DNA of 64,000 bases from an uncultured Chloroflexia bacterium (GTDB lineage: Bacteria > Chloroflexota > Limnocylindria > Limnocylindrales > CSP1-4), in contig CAWEHW010000004.1 of assembly GCA_963809045.1 (NCBI GenBank), positions 226,272 to 290,271 on the forward strand, read 5' to 3'. The translations under genes and the position numbers were made by a program. The notes beneath the pieces are model-generated. The model was not told the DNA's origin and did not search any database. It saw only the letters and a program-made list of their open reading frames with translations. Below, in pieces: positions 19,043 through 29,101 of the stretch. Within the stretch, counting starts at the first letter, position 1. Every line of letters begins with the position of its first letter.

Positions 19043-19927
19043 ATGACGACGACGATGACCGAGCCGACGACCCAGACCCTGGACGTTCCCGGCGCGACCC
19101 TGACCTATGACATCCGGCGCAACGACCAGACCACAGAGCCGCCGCTCTTCCTCATCGGCGCGCCAGCCGGTGCGGCCGGCTATCCGACCCTCGCCGGACA
19201 CTTCGCCGATCGCACGGTGATCACGTACGACCCGCGCGGGACTGAGCGCAGCACCGCCCATGATCCCGCCGCACCGATTACCCCCGAGACTGCGGCCGAG
19301 GATCTCCACGCGATCGTCATGGCGATCGGTGGCCCGGTCGACGTGTTTGCGAGCAGCGGCGGCGCCGTGAACGGGCTCGCCTGGGTTGCGACATACCCAA
19401 AGGACGTCCGGACGCTGGTGGCCCATGAGCCGCCCCTCGCGTCGCAGGTCCCAGATCGCGAGCACGCGCTCGCCGCGACGCGGGCGATGCACGAGACCTA
19501 CATGCAGAGCGGCTTCGGCCCGGCGATGGCCCAGTTCATCGCCGTCGTCAGCCACCAGGGCCTGTTCACCGCCGAGATCGCCGCGGCACCGCCGCCGGAC
19601 CCACGAATGTTCGGCATGCCGACGGAGGACGACGGCAATCGCACGGACCTGATGTTCGCCCACCAGATGCGATGGCTTGTCAGCTACGAGCCCGACTACG
19701 ACGCGCTCCTCCGCGCATCGACCCGGATCGTGCTTGGCGCCGGCGTCGAGTCCGAAGGGCTACTCGCGAGCCGTGGTGCCTTCGCGGTCGCCGAACGACT
19801 CGGCACGGAAGTGGTCATGTTTCCCGGCGACCATGGGGCGTTCATGGGCGGCGAGTATGGCCAGCCATCCGGCGAGCACGAGGCGTTCGCCGCGAAGCTT
19901 CGCGAGGTGCTCGCAACCGCGTCCTGA
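19043..19927 (+). CDS. Alpha/beta fold hydrolase
   Basis: TYDPRG, FASSGGA, LVAHEPP, FPGDHG; RBS gaggag. Confidence 0.85.
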   Translation: MTTTMTEPTTQTLDVPGATLTYDIRRNDQTTEPPLFLIGAPAGAAGYPTLAGHFADRTVITYDPRGTERSTAHDPAAPITPETAAEDLHAIVMAIGGPVDVFASSGGAVNGLAWVATYPKDVRTLVAHEPPLASQVPDREHALAATRAMHETYMQSGFGPAMAQFIAVVSHQGLFTAEIAAAPPPDPRMFGMPTEDDGNRTDLMFAHQMRWLVSYEPDYDALLRASTRIVLGAGVESEGLLASRGAFAVAERLGTEVVMFPGDHGAFMGGEYGQPSGEHEAFAAKLREVLATAS

Positions 19928-19944
19928 AACGGACCGATCTCACC

Positions 19945-19975
19945 GAAACCCGGCCTGCCCGGCAGGCCGGGTTTC
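19945..19975 (+). terminator. Intrinsic terminator-like hairpin
   Basis: gaaacccggcctgcc-c-ggcaggccgggtttc followed by cgttt. Confidence 0.75.
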
Positions 19976-20004
19976 CGTTTGTCCCGTGCGTCCGAAATAC
20001 ATTC

Positions 20005-20034
20005 TTGACTTATATAAGTCACGCCTTGTAGTAT
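20005..20034 (+). promoter_or_regulatory. Promoter with a perfect 16-bp palindrome (probable autoregulatory operator)
   Basis: TTGACT-18bp-TAGTAT; TGACTTATATAAGTCA at 20006-20021. Confidence 0.7.
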
Positions 20035-20041
20035 CGCCGAC

Positions 20042-20407
20042 ATGAACGCGTTCGACGTGCTCGGGGACCCTGTCCGACGACGGATCCTCCAGCTGCTCGC
20101 CCACGGGGAGCTGACCTCGGGAGCGATCACCGCGATCGTCCAGGCCGAGTTCGGGATCACGCAGCCGGCAGTGTCGCAGCACCTCAAGGTGTTGCGGGAC
20201 AGCGGGTTCGCGACGGTCCGGCCCGATGGCACGCGCCGGCTCTACGCCGTCGACGCGGAGCCGTTGCACGAGCTGGATGACTGGCTCGCCCCGTTCCGCC
20301 AGTTCCTGGACCAGCGGCTCGATTCGCTCGCGACCGAGCTCGCCCGCGGCAAGCGGGAACGCCGCGTCCGTGCCAATAGCAAGGACGACAAGGAGACAGA
20401 CCGATGA
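20042..20407 (+). CDS. ArsR/SmtB family regulator
   Basis: FDVLGDPVRRRIL...ITQPAVSQHLKVLRDSG. Confidence 0.9.
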   Translation: MNAFDVLGDPVRRRILQLLAHGELTSGAITAIVQAEFGITQPAVSQHLKVLRDSGFATVRPDGTRRLYAVDAEPLHELDDWLAPFRQFLDQRLDSLATELARGKRERRVRANSKDDKETDR

Positions 20408-21051
20408 TGGACATCGTTCGAGAGATCGAGGCGGTGCAGCGTGAGACCGGCCACGGACGGATCGCCGCCGGGGAGGGCCGCACGATCCGCCTCCGCCGGA
20501 CCTACGACGCTCCGATCGACGACGTATGGGACGCCCTGACCAGCCCGGAGCGGATCGGGCGCTGGTTCCTGCCGGTCAGCGGCGACTACCGGCTCGGCGG
20601 GACGTACCAGTTCGAAGGCAATGCCAGCGGCAAGATCGTGGCCTGCGAGCGGCCGCACCGGCTGAAGGTGACGTGGGTCTATGGCGAGCCCGCGAGCGAT
20701 GCGGACATCTCGGAGCTCGAGGTGCGGCTGTCGGCCGCCGGCGACGAGTCGACGGTCTTCGAGCTCGAACACGTCGCGATCGTCCCGGACGACCGCTGGG
20801 CCGAATACGGCCCAGGCGCCGTCGGGATCGGCTGGGACCAGGGCTTGCTCGGGCTCTCGCGCCACCTCCGCGGAGAATCGATGGACGACGCGGAGGCCTG
20901 GCAGCTCTCTCACGAGGGACGAGCGTTCGCGACCCGCAGCAGCGCGGCGTGGGGAGCCGCAAATGTGACGTCCGGTGCCGATCCCGACACCTCGGCGCGC
21001 GGCGTCGCGAACTCGACGGCCTTCTACGCGCCCGAACCCGACGTGTCCTGA
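20404..21051 (+). CDS. SRPBCC family protein
   Basis: YDAPIDDVWDALTSPERIGRWF, GPGAVGIGWD. Confidence 0.88.
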   Translation: MMDIVREIEAVQRETGHGRIAAGEGRTIRLRRTYDAPIDDVWDALTSPERIGRWFLPVSGDYRLGGTYQFEGNASGKIVACERPHRLKVTWVYGEPASDADISELEVRLSAAGDESTVFELEHVAIVPDDRWAEYGPGAVGIGWDQGLLGLSRHLRGESMDDAEAWQLSHEGRAFATRSSAAWGAANVTSGADPDTSARGVANSTAFYAPEPDVS

Positions 21052-21169
21052 GCGTCGTCCTCGTCCGGAGTCGCCTGTATCGTCCGTGGCGTGAGGCTGC
21101 GATCCGCAGCTCGCCTGCCGGCACCGACCCGATCCCACTCGGGCCGGCCCATCGAATGAGGTTCAACGC

Positions 21170-21838
21170 ATGAACGACCGGATGAGCCCGCGGCAATTCC
21201 AGGAAACCGAAGGCGTCGAGGATTGGCGCATCGTAGGTGACGGGGCCTGCGCCCATTTCCGGACCGGTTCATTCACCGCGAGTACGAGCTTCGTCGAGGC
21301 GCTCGGCGCGCTGGACGGCGTCGACGAGCATCCGCCGGCGGTGGACGTCCGGGACGACGGCGTCACGGTCCGGCTGGTCACGATTGCGGCCGACTACATG
21401 GGCATGAGCGAGCGCGATGTCCACATCGCGCGGCAGGTCTCGGCGGCCGCGAAGAGCCTCGGCCTCGCCTCGGACCCATCCGTCGTCCAGTCTGTCCTGG
21501 TCATCCCGGGCGCGACGGACATCACCAAGGTCATGCCGTTCTGGCAGGCCATCCTCGACTACCGGGCGCGCGTGGACAGCCCCGACGAGGATCTCGTCGA
21601 CCCTCGCGATCGCGGACCCGCATTCTGGTTCGAGACCATGGAGGAACCGCGACCCGACGGTGGGGGCGCGATCCACATCGCGGTCTGGGTGCCGTCCGAG
21701 CAGGCAGAGGCAAGGGTGGCAGCCGCACTGGCGGCCGGGGGCCGAATGGTGCGGGACACGTATGCGCCCGCCTGGTGGACGCTGGCCGACGCGGCCGGCA
21801 ACGAGGCTGACGTCGCCACGATCCAGGGCCGCAGCTGA
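21170..21838 (+). CDS. Pterin-4a-carbinolamine dehydratase-like / VOC (glyoxalase) fusion
   Basis: N-terminal PCD-like region (DEHPPAVDVR...DVHIARQVS); C-terminal VOC region (IHIAVWV, WWTLADAAGNEADV). Confidence 0.75.
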   Translation: MNDRMSPRQFQETEGVEDWRIVGDGACAHFRTGSFTASTSFVEALGALDGVDEHPPAVDVRDDGVTVRLVTIAADYMGMSERDVHIARQVSAAAKSLGLASDPSVVQSVLVIPGATDITKVMPFWQAILDYRARVDSPDEDLVDPRDRGPAFWFETMEEPRPDGGGAIHIAVWVPSEQAEARVAAALAAGGRMVRDTYAPAWWTLADAAGNEADVATIQGRS

Positions 21839-21853
21839 CGGGCTGCGCCGAGC

Positions 21854-23131
21854 TCACCCGTCCCGAAGGCGAGCCCGTTCCGGCGTCAGTTCGGCGATGC
21901 TGCGGACGCCGAGGAGTCGCATCGTCCGGATGAGCTCCGTTCGGAGCAGGTCGCCGGCGCGCTGGGCACCGCGTTCGCCGCCGGCCATCAGCCCGTAGAG
22001 GTAGGCCCGCCCGACCAGGCACGCGCGCGCGCCCATCGCGACGGCCGCCACGACGTCTCCACCCGAGAGGATTCCACCGTCGACGTAGACCTCCGCCCGG
22101 TCGCCGACCGCCCCGGCGATGGCGGGGAGTTGTTCGAGCGGCGTGGGTGCGCGGTCGAGCTGCCGTCCGCCATGGTTCGAGATCACGATCGCGTCCGCTC
22201 CGGCATCCACGACGACGCGGGCATCGGCCGCGGTCTGGATGCCCTTGATGACGATTGGCCCCGACCATGCATCGCGCAGCCAGGCGAGGTCGGCCACGGT
22301 GATCGTCGGATCGAATACCCGATTGATCAGGTCCGCGACCGTCCCCTCGGTCTCGGTGAAGGCCGCGAACCGCAGGGGCTCGGTGGTCAGCAGATTGAGC
22401 CACCAACCCGGATGAAGCCCGATGTCGAACAACGTCCGGACGGACAGCATCGGCGGGATCGTGAACCCGTTGTGCACGTCGCGGAGCCGGGCCCCGGCGA
22501 CGGGCGTGTCGACGGTCAGGATGAGCGCCGTGAAGCCGGCGGCTTGGGCGCGGCGGACGAGCTCGACGCCGGCATCGCGGTCGTTCCAGAGATACAGCTG
22601 GAACCACTTGTCCGTGCCGGGGGCGGCCGCCGCGACGTCCTCCGGCGACGTCGTCCCGAGCGTCGACAGCGCATAGGGAATGCCCAGCCGCCCGGCGACC
22701 CGCGCGACTGCGGGCTCGCCCTCGTGGTTCATCAGCCGGGTGAAGCCGGTCGGGGCGAACACGATCGGCAGCGCCGAGTGGCGCCCAAGGATCGTCGTCG
22801 ACGGGTCCACCGCCGACACGTCCTGCAGGACGCTCGGGACGAACTCGACCCGGGCATAGGCCTCGCGCGAGCGCCGCAGGCTCGTCTCGCTCTCGGCCGC
22901 GCCGTCCGTGTAGTCGAACACGGCCCGTGGGACATGCCGGCGTGCGACCGACCGGAGATCCCAGATCGTCGCGGCAGCCGCCAGCCGGCGGTCCGTCGGG
23001 TTGAGCCGGAGCGGTCCGGTCCGGAGGTACGGCCGTAGCTCCGACCACCGCGGCAGGCGACGGCGAACATTTGGCGCGCGCGTTGATCGCTCTCCCATCG
23101 GACGTGTGTCATCCCCGGTGTCGTCAGTCAT
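21854..23131 (-). CDS. lldD: FMN-dependent alpha-hydroxy acid oxidase / L-lactate dehydrogenase
   Basis: FDYTDGAAESE, APTGFTRL, WFQLY, SNHGGRQLD, DGGILSG. Confidence 0.85.
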   Translation of the reverse strand: MTDDTGDDTRPMGERSTRAPNVRRRLPRWSELRPYLRTGPLRLNPTDRRLAAAATIWDLRSVARRHVPRAVFDYTDGAAESETSLRRSREAYARVEFVPSVLQDVSAVDPSTTILGRHSALPIVFAPTGFTRLMNHEGEPAVARVAGRLGIPYALSTLGTTSPEDVAAAAPGTDKWFQLYLWNDRDAGVELVRRAQAAGFTALILTVDTPVAGARLRDVHNGFTIPPMLSVRTLFDIGLHPGWWLNLLTTEPLRFAAFTETEGTVADLINRVFDPTITVADLAWLRDAWSGPIVIKGIQTAADARVVVDAGADAIVISNHGGRQLDRAPTPLEQLPAIAGAVGDRAEVYVDGGILSGGDVVAAVAMGARACLVGRAYLYGLMAGGERGAQRAGDLLRTELIRTMRLLGVRSIAELTPERARLRDG

Positions 23132-24569
23132 TGAGCGCCTGGGAACGGAGGCTGGGCTCGTATCTCCTGAGCGGTTGCGAGGCTCGCACAAGGGCACGAA
23201 GCGATTCGAGGGTCCCCGCCGCCAGCCCGATGCTTCTAGCCTGGATCAGGATATTGCCCAGGGCGGTCGCTTCGAAAGGTCCCGCGACCACCGGCCTACC
23301 ACAGGCATCGGCGGTCAGCTGGCAAAGGAGTTCGTTCCTCGCCCCGCCGCCGACCACATGGACCACCTTTGCATCGTGTCGCGCCAGCTTCGAAGCATCG
23401 CCAATCGCCCGGGCGAACGCCGACGCGAGGCTATCGAGGATGCAGCGAACCATCGCGGCCTTGGAGGCAGGTCGCGGTTGGGCCGTCTGGTCACAGGCGG
23501 ATTCGATGCGCTCTGCCATGTCACCAGGGGGCAGGAACACTGGGTCATCCGGGTTGATCACGGGACCACCCGATGGCGCCGCTGCGGCTTCACGAAGCAG
23601 CCGGTCCAGTTCCTGCGGTTCGCCGGCGCGCTCCCAGCTTCGGAGGGTTTCCTGGAGGAGCCAAAGACCCATGACGTTTCGAAGGTACCGAACCCGGCCG
23701 TCTACGCCTGCCTCGTTCGTGAAGTTTGCGATCCGGCTAGCCTCGGTGAGGATCGGCCGCTCGAGCTCCAGCCCGGCGAGGCCCCACGTTCCGGAAGAAA
23801 CGTAGGCGAAGTCGTCCGTCTCAGCAGGTACGGCCACGACTGCCGAGGCGGTGTCATGCGATCCCACAGCCGTCACGACGGCGTCCACGGGCAGCGCGGC
23901 ATCACTCGCTACTGTCGAGAGGAGCCGGCCAACCGTTTGTCCGGGCTCGGCCAGCGGTGCGAAGAGCGACACCGGTAGTCCAAGTGTTGCGATAAGACTG
24001 TCCGCCCAGTGGCGCGACCTGGCATCCAGCAGCCCCGTCGTCGATGCATTCGTCGTCTCAGCAGCTCGAACCCCCGTCATCCAGAACGCCAGGAGGTCCG
24101 GCAGGAGGAGCAGCGTTTCCGTCGTCGCGAACGGTCGACGCTGCTGCGCGGCAGCCAGCTGGTACAGCGTGTTGAAAGGTAGAACCTGGAGCCCGTTCGT
24201 CGCATACAAGTGCTCCGGAGAAGCGATCCCGTGCACGAGCTCCATCCCGCGGCGATGCCGGGCGTCTCGGTAGTGGACGGGATCACCGAGCAATTCGCCG
24301 GAGGCATCGACGACGCCATAGTCGACGCCCCAGGTGTCGATGCCAACCGTCTGAAGCGGGCCGGCCGTCGCATTGGCCCTCCGCAGCCCCGTCAGGACCT
24401 CACGGAACAAACGGCCGATGTCGGTATAGAGGCCGTCTGGGTCGACGACGGGATCGTTGGCGAACCGATGGATCTCCTCGAACCTGACGACGCCCGGACC
24501 CACGTGGCCCACGACCACTCGCCCACTCGAGGCCCCCAGGTCGACCGCCGCAATGGCGCCGGAGCTCAC
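23124..24569 (-). CDS. rhaB: Rhamnulokinase
   Basis: AVDLGASSGRV, GIDTWGVDY, SHDTASAV, SSGTW, NFTNEAG, GPFEATALGN. Confidence 0.92.
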   Translation of the reverse strand: MSSGAIAAVDLGASSGRVVVGHVGPGVVRFEEIHRFANDPVVDPDGLYTDIGRLFREVLTGLRRANATAGPLQTVGIDTWGVDYGVVDASGELLGDPVHYRDARHRRGMELVHGIASPEHLYATNGLQVLPFNTLYQLAAAQQRRPFATTETLLLLPDLLAFWMTGVRAAETTNASTTGLLDARSRHWADSLIATLGLPVSLFAPLAEPGQTVGRLLSTVASDAALPVDAVVTAVGSHDTASAVVAVPAETDDFAYVSSGTWGLAGLELERPILTEASRIANFTNEAGVDGRVRYLRNVMGLWLLQETLRSWERAGEPQELDRLLREAAAAPSGGPVINPDDPVFLPPGDMAERIESACDQTAQPRPASKAAMVRCILDSLASAFARAIGDASKLARHDAKVVHVVGGGARNELLCQLTADACGRPVVAGPFEATALGNILIQARSIGLAAGTLESLRALVRASQPLRRYEPSLRSQALND

Positions 24570-26611
24570 CGCAGGAACGCCGCGGCGACCCCCGCGTCAA
24601 CCGGGATGAGCAGCCCGGTGGTCTGGCTCAGGTCACCGCCGGTGAGGGCGAACACGGCAGCTGCCACGTGCTCGGGCAAAACTTCCCGCTTCAGAAGCGT
24701 GCGCTGCGCGTAGAACTCACCCAGCTTGTCCTCGGGGATTCCGTAGACCCGCGCCCGATCAGCACCCCAGCCCTTGGCGAAGATCCCCGACCCGCGCACC
24801 ACGCCGTCTGGGTTCACTCCGTTCACCCGGATCCCGAACTCGCCAAGCTCAGCCGCAAGGAGCCGGACCTGATGCGCCTGGTCGGCCTTGGCGGCCCCGT
24901 AGGCGACATTGTTTGGCCCCGCGAAGAGCGCGTTCTTGCTCACGATGTAGACGATATCGCCCCCGAGGTCCTGCTCGATCATGACCCGCGCGGCTTCGCG
25001 ACTTACGAGGAAGGACCCACGCGCCATGACGTCGTGTTGGAGGTCCCAGTCCTCGACTGACGTCTCCAAAAGTGGCTTGGACATCGACAGCCCGGCATTG
25101 TTGACCACGAGATCCAGCCCGCCGAAGGCCAGGACGGTGGCACGGATGGCGGCGGCAACCTGGCTCTCGTCGGTGACGTCCGCCCGGACACCGATCGCAA
25201 GATCCGATCCTCCAAGCTCCTCGGCCACGGCGTTCGCGCTCTCGCCGTCGATGTCGGCTACGACCACGCAGGCGCCCTCCGCGGCGAGGCGGTGGGCGAT
25301 CGCGCGGCCGATCCCCGAGCCACCGCCAGTCACGAACGCGATCCGCGCGGCAAGCGGCCTTGGCTTGGGCAGCCGGGCGAGCTTCGCTTCCTCGAGCGTC
25401 CAGTATTCGATCCCGAACTTCTCCGACTCGGGGATCGGGGCGTAGGTCGAGATGGCTTCCGCTCCGCGCATGACGTTGATCGCATTGACATAGAACTCGC
25501 CGGCTACCCGCGCGGTTCGGGCGCTCGGCCCGAAGCTGAACATCCCGATCCCGGGCACCAGCACGATCGCCGGATCCGCCCCGCGCATGGGTGGGCTGTC
25601 CGGCGAGGCGTGTCGGTCGTAGTACGCGCGATAGTCCTCGCGATAGGCCGCATGAAGCTCCCGCAACCGGTCGGCGGCCTCCTCAATCGCTACGCCGGGT
25701 GCCAGGTCCAGAACCATTGGCCGGATCTTCGTTCGCAGGAAATGGTCAGGACAGGATGTGCCAAGGGCGGCGAGGCGGGGATGCTCCGTGCGGCCGAGGA
25801 AGTCGAGCACGATTTCGCTATCGGTGTAGCGGCCTACCTGCGGATGGTCCGTCGAGACGAGGCTACGGATCGTCGGGAGGAGCAACGCTGCCCTCGCGTG
25901 CCGGTCGGCTGCAGGCAATGGGCCATATTCGGGCCGGATCGCGCCAAACGACTGTGGCCGGCCGTGATCGGCGATGTAACGCTCGGCCATGTCGATGATC
26001 TGCCGCGAGTTTCGCTCGCATGCGTCCGACGAATCGCCCCAGGCGGTGATGCCGTGACCGCCGAGGATCACGCCGATCGCCTCGGGTTGGTCACGGCTGA
26101 TGGCTGCGATGTCGAGCCCGAGCTGGAACCCTGGGCGCCGCCACGGAATCCATGCCACGCGTCCCTCGAATGCAGTCCGGGTGAGGGCCTCGCCGTCGGC
26201 CGCGGTAGCGAACGCGACCCCGGCGTCCGGATGGAGATGATCGACATGGGCGGACTCGATCAGCCCATGCATCGCTGTGTCGATCGACGGGGCGGCCCCG
26301 CCCCGGCCGTGGAGGCAGTGGTCGAGCGCCGCGACCATGTCGTCTTCGCGGTCGCGTCCCTCGTACACGTCCACCAGATCCCGCAATCGATCCAGCCGAA
26401 GCACGGCAAGACCCGCCGGACTGAGCGTGCCGAGATCGCCGCCCGACCCCTTGAGCCACATCAGGTCCACGGGCCGTCCGGTCACCGGATCGATCCCCGT
26501 GCCCTTGGCCGAGGTATTGCCACCGCCGTAGTTCGTGACCTGGGGATCCGCGCCCAGGCGGTGCGACCGTTCGAGCAATTCCTGCACAGGGTCGCCGACG
26601 CGAATGCTCAT
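24566..26611 (-). CDS. Bifunctional rhamnulose-1-phosphate aldolase / short-chain dehydrogenase (RhaEW type)
   Basis: TNYGGGNTSAK, APSIDTAMH, DHLHPD, CPDHFLRTK, EYWTLEEAKL, TGGGSGIG, YGAAK. Confidence 0.92.
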   Translation of the reverse strand: MSIRVGDPVQELLERSHRLGADPQVTNYGGGNTSAKGTGIDPVTGRPVDLMWLKGSGGDLGTLSPAGLAVLRLDRLRDLVDVYEGRDREDDMVAALDHCLHGRGGAAPSIDTAMHGLIESAHVDHLHPDAGVAFATAADGEALTRTAFEGRVAWIPWRRPGFQLGLDIAAISRDQPEAIGVILGGHGITAWGDSSDACERNSRQIIDMAERYIADHGRPQSFGAIRPEYGPLPAADRHARAALLLPTIRSLVSTDHPQVGRYTDSEIVLDFLGRTEHPRLAALGTSCPDHFLRTKIRPMVLDLAPGVAIEEAADRLRELHAAYREDYRAYYDRHASPDSPPMRGADPAIVLVPGIGMFSFGPSARTARVAGEFYVNAINVMRGAEAISTYAPIPESEKFGIEYWTLEEAKLARLPKPRPLAARIAFVTGGGSGIGRAIAHRLAAEGACVVVADIDGESANAVAEELGGSDLAIGVRADVTDESQVAAAIRATVLAFGGLDLVVNNAGLSMSKPLLETSVEDWDLQHDVMARGSFLVSREAARVMIEQDLGGDIVYIVSKNALFAGPNNVAYGAAKADQAHQVRLLAAELGEFGIRVNGVNPDGVVRGSGIFAKGWGADRARVYGIPEDKLGEFYAQRTLLKREVLPEHVAAAVFALTGGDLSQTTGLLIPVDAGVAAAFLR

Positions 26612-27807
26612 GCGCCCCAACCCGCCTGCTGACCGCCGACTCTCTCGGCGGCGATCTGCTTGCCGTACCCCGACCTCGCGTACGCCGCCATGGGGTTCGG
26701 ATCAAGACCCATCTCTGAACGGATGTCGGCGAGCAGCGGGCGCACATCCGTGTTGTACGCATCCATGAGGACCGCGTTCGCTCGAAGCACGTCGCCATCC
26801 CGCTGCGCCGCGCCCAGCTCCCATCGATCGACCAGGAGCGCCTTGGCCGTCGCCTCCTGGACGTTCATGACGCTCCTGATCTGGGCCGGGATCTTCGGCT
26901 CGATGTTGTGGCACTGATCGAGCATGAACACCACATCGGTACCGTCCGCGAGGGCGCCGGCGCCCACGACTTCGTGGAGGATCCTGAACAGCTGGAACGG
27001 ATCAGCCGCCCCGACCATCAGGTCATCGTCAGCGTAGAACCTCGAGTTGAAGTCGAAGGCGCCGAGTCGCCCCGCACGCAGGAGTACGGCCACGATGAAC
27101 TCGATGTTGGTCCCTGGTGCGTGGTGCCCGGTGTCGATGACCACCTTGGCTTTCTCGCCGAGCGCCATGCAGTGGAGCAGCGCCGTTCCCCAGTCAGGCA
27201 CGTCGGTCGTGTAGAAGGACGGCTCGAACAGCTTGTACTCGAGGACGAGCCGTTGATCGGATCCGAGTCGCTGGTAGACAACCGCGAGCGACTCTGCAAG
27301 GCGGTCCTGGCGGGCCCGGATGTCGTCCTGTCCGGGGTAGTTCGTGCCGTCGGCGAACCACAGCTTCAGGTCGCGGGAGCCGGTCGCGTCCATGACGTCC
27401 ACACACTCGAGCAGGTGATCCACCGCTTTCTGTCGGACGGCAGGATCCGGGTGGCACACGCTCCCAAGCCGGTAATCGTCGTCCTGGAACGTGTTGGAGT
27501 TGATTGTTCCAAGCGCGACGCCCAGCTCCTGGGCATGTGTCTTGAGCGCCCCGTAGTCGTCGACCTTGTCCCACGGGATGTGCAGGGCAACCGTCGGCGC
27601 CACGCCCGTGAACCGATGGACCTCGGCGGCGTCGGCGACCTTCTCGAAGGGGTTGCGCGGCACCCCAGGTTGGGCGAACACCTTGAACCGGGTCCCAGAG
27701 TTGCCAAACGCCCATGACGGCAGCTCGATTCGCTGCGACTTGAGCGATGCCGGCGTGGGGGCAGCGTCCCGCGCGATCACCGTCGCGTTCGCTTCCCGCG
27801 GGCGCAC
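26608..27807 (-). CDS. rhaI: L-rhamnose isomerase (Streptomyces/RhaI subtype)
   Basis: IELPSWAFGNSGTRF, VALHIPWD, WFADGTNYPGQ, EYKLFEP, DQCHNIEPK; start may lie slightly downstream. Confidence 0.9.
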   Translation of the reverse strand: MRPREANATVIARDAAPTPASLKSQRIELPSWAFGNSGTRFKVFAQPGVPRNPFEKVADAAEVHRFTGVAPTVALHIPWDKVDDYGALKTHAQELGVALGTINSNTFQDDDYRLGSVCHPDPAVRQKAVDHLLECVDVMDATGSRDLKLWFADGTNYPGQDDIRARQDRLAESLAVVYQRLGSDQRLVLEYKLFEPSFYTTDVPDWGTALLHCMALGEKAKVVIDTGHHAPGTNIEFIVAVLLRAGRLGAFDFNSRFYADDDLMVGAADPFQLFRILHEVVGAGALADGTDVVFMLDQCHNIEPKIPAQIRSVMNVQEATAKALLVDRWELGAAQRDGDVLRANAVLMDAYNTDVRPLLADIRSEMGLDPNPMAAYARSGYGKQIAAERVGGQQAGWGA

Positions 27808-27961
27808 GACCGCTCGTTCATCACGGCAAACATACAGGCCGGAGGCGCATCACCGGAGTGGAGGAGCCGCACCGTCGATGCGCCTCCGACCTCGTGCGAA
27901 TGCAGCCTACCCGCACGGGGTGTCGAAGTCCCTCAGCGTCAAGCGCATGCGTCACCCGATG

Positions 27962-28050
27962 AGCGTGCCATAAGTTTCGATTGCTTTCAATATCGTTCTT
28001 GACATTGCGTCTCGTGGTGTCTACCGTGCCAATCCGAAACGATCCGCACC
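27962..28050. promoter_or_regulatory. Divergent rha promoters with 10-bp-periodic repeats (probable DeoR operator)
   Basis: Plus strand TTGACA(27999)-17-TACCGT; minus strand TTGAAA(27990)-17-CACGCT; repeats tttcgat/tttcaat and aatccgaaac/gatccgcacc. Confidence 0.55.
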
Positions 28051-28079
28051 CACCCAAGCAACCTGGGAGAGCTGCAACG

Positions 28080-28946
28080 ATGGAGCGCCCGGAACCCGGT
28101 GGCGAGGTGTTCGCGCGGGAACGCCAGCAGACCATCGCGCGGCTGATCGAGGAACACGGGCGGGCGCGGGTAGTCGACCTGGCGCAGCAGTTCGGCGTCT
28201 CCGCCGTCACCATCCGCAAGGACCTGTTGGTGCTCGAGACCGAGGGACGTGTCAACCGCGCCCATGGCGGAGCGATCGCCCTGGAGAGCCACCATCCCGA
28301 GAGCGCCTTCGAGGTCCGTGAGCGGCTGAACCGCGACGCCAAGGACATCATCGGGCGAGCGGCGGCAGCGATGGTCGTGGATGGCGAAAGCATCGCGTTC
28401 GATGCGAGCACTACGGCACTCGCGGTTGCCCGACACCTCAAGGCCCGTGTGGGCTGGGCCCAGCTCACGGTGATCACCAACGGGTTGCGGATCGCCACCG
28501 AACTCGCGGGCCATCCGGGGATCACAGTGGTCATGCCCGGCGGCTTTGTGCGTCGCGAGGCGCTGTCGTTGGTTGGGCAGCTCGGCGACGGCGTATTCCA
28601 GAAGGTAAACGTCCAGAAGGCATTTCTGGGTGCCGCGGGTTTCTCGCTCGAGGCCGGCATGAGCGACGCCACGGAGGAGGAGGCGCAGATCAAGCGCTTC
28701 ATGGCCAGTGCGGCCCGAGAGGTGATCGCGATCGTCGACAGCTCCAAGTGGGGTCGCGCAGCGTTCGCCACCTTCTGCCGGACAGAAGACGTGACCTCGG
28801 TGGTCTCGGACGACCAGGTCCCTGATCCCATGACCGAAGCGCTCCGCACCATGGGCGTTGACGTGCGCCTCGTTCGGTCGGAACCCGATGCCGATGCGGT
28901 CGGAGCAAATGCGCTGCCAAGCGTGCGTGGGGGTGTTAGCTCGTGA
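28080..28946 (+). CDS. DeoR/GlpR family regulator (rhamnose locus)
   Basis: ERQQTI, VSAVTIRKDL, RAHGGA, DASTT, VITNG, DSSKWG. Confidence 0.9.
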   Translation: MERPEPGGEVFARERQQTIARLIEEHGRARVVDLAQQFGVSAVTIRKDLLVLETEGRVNRAHGGAIALESHHPESAFEVRERLNRDAKDIIGRAAAAMVVDGESIAFDASTTALAVARHLKARVGWAQLTVITNGLRIATELAGHPGITVVMPGGFVRREALSLVGQLGDGVFQKVNVQKAFLGAAGFSLEAGMSDATEEEAQIKRFMASAAREVIAIVDSSKWGRAAFATFCRTEDVTSVVSDDQVPDPMTEALRTMGVDVRLVRSEPDADAVGANALPSVRGGVSS

Positions 28947-29101
28947 GCGCTGGGAGGAGAGCCCTACTGCTCCCCTGGCAGTAGGAAGGAGGTACGGACG
29001 GAAGTTGCGCGAGCCGCATGTCGATAACCGGCTCGAATGAGTGTTTCGAAAGAAGACCGACTCGCCCATGGGCTCATGGGCGAGGGTTTGAGGAGGAAGA
29101 C

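Noticed and set aside
1-21838. Integron cassette array, prophage or IS element in the accessory region
   Set aside because: No integrase, transposase or phage genes, and no recurring attC-like sites were found.
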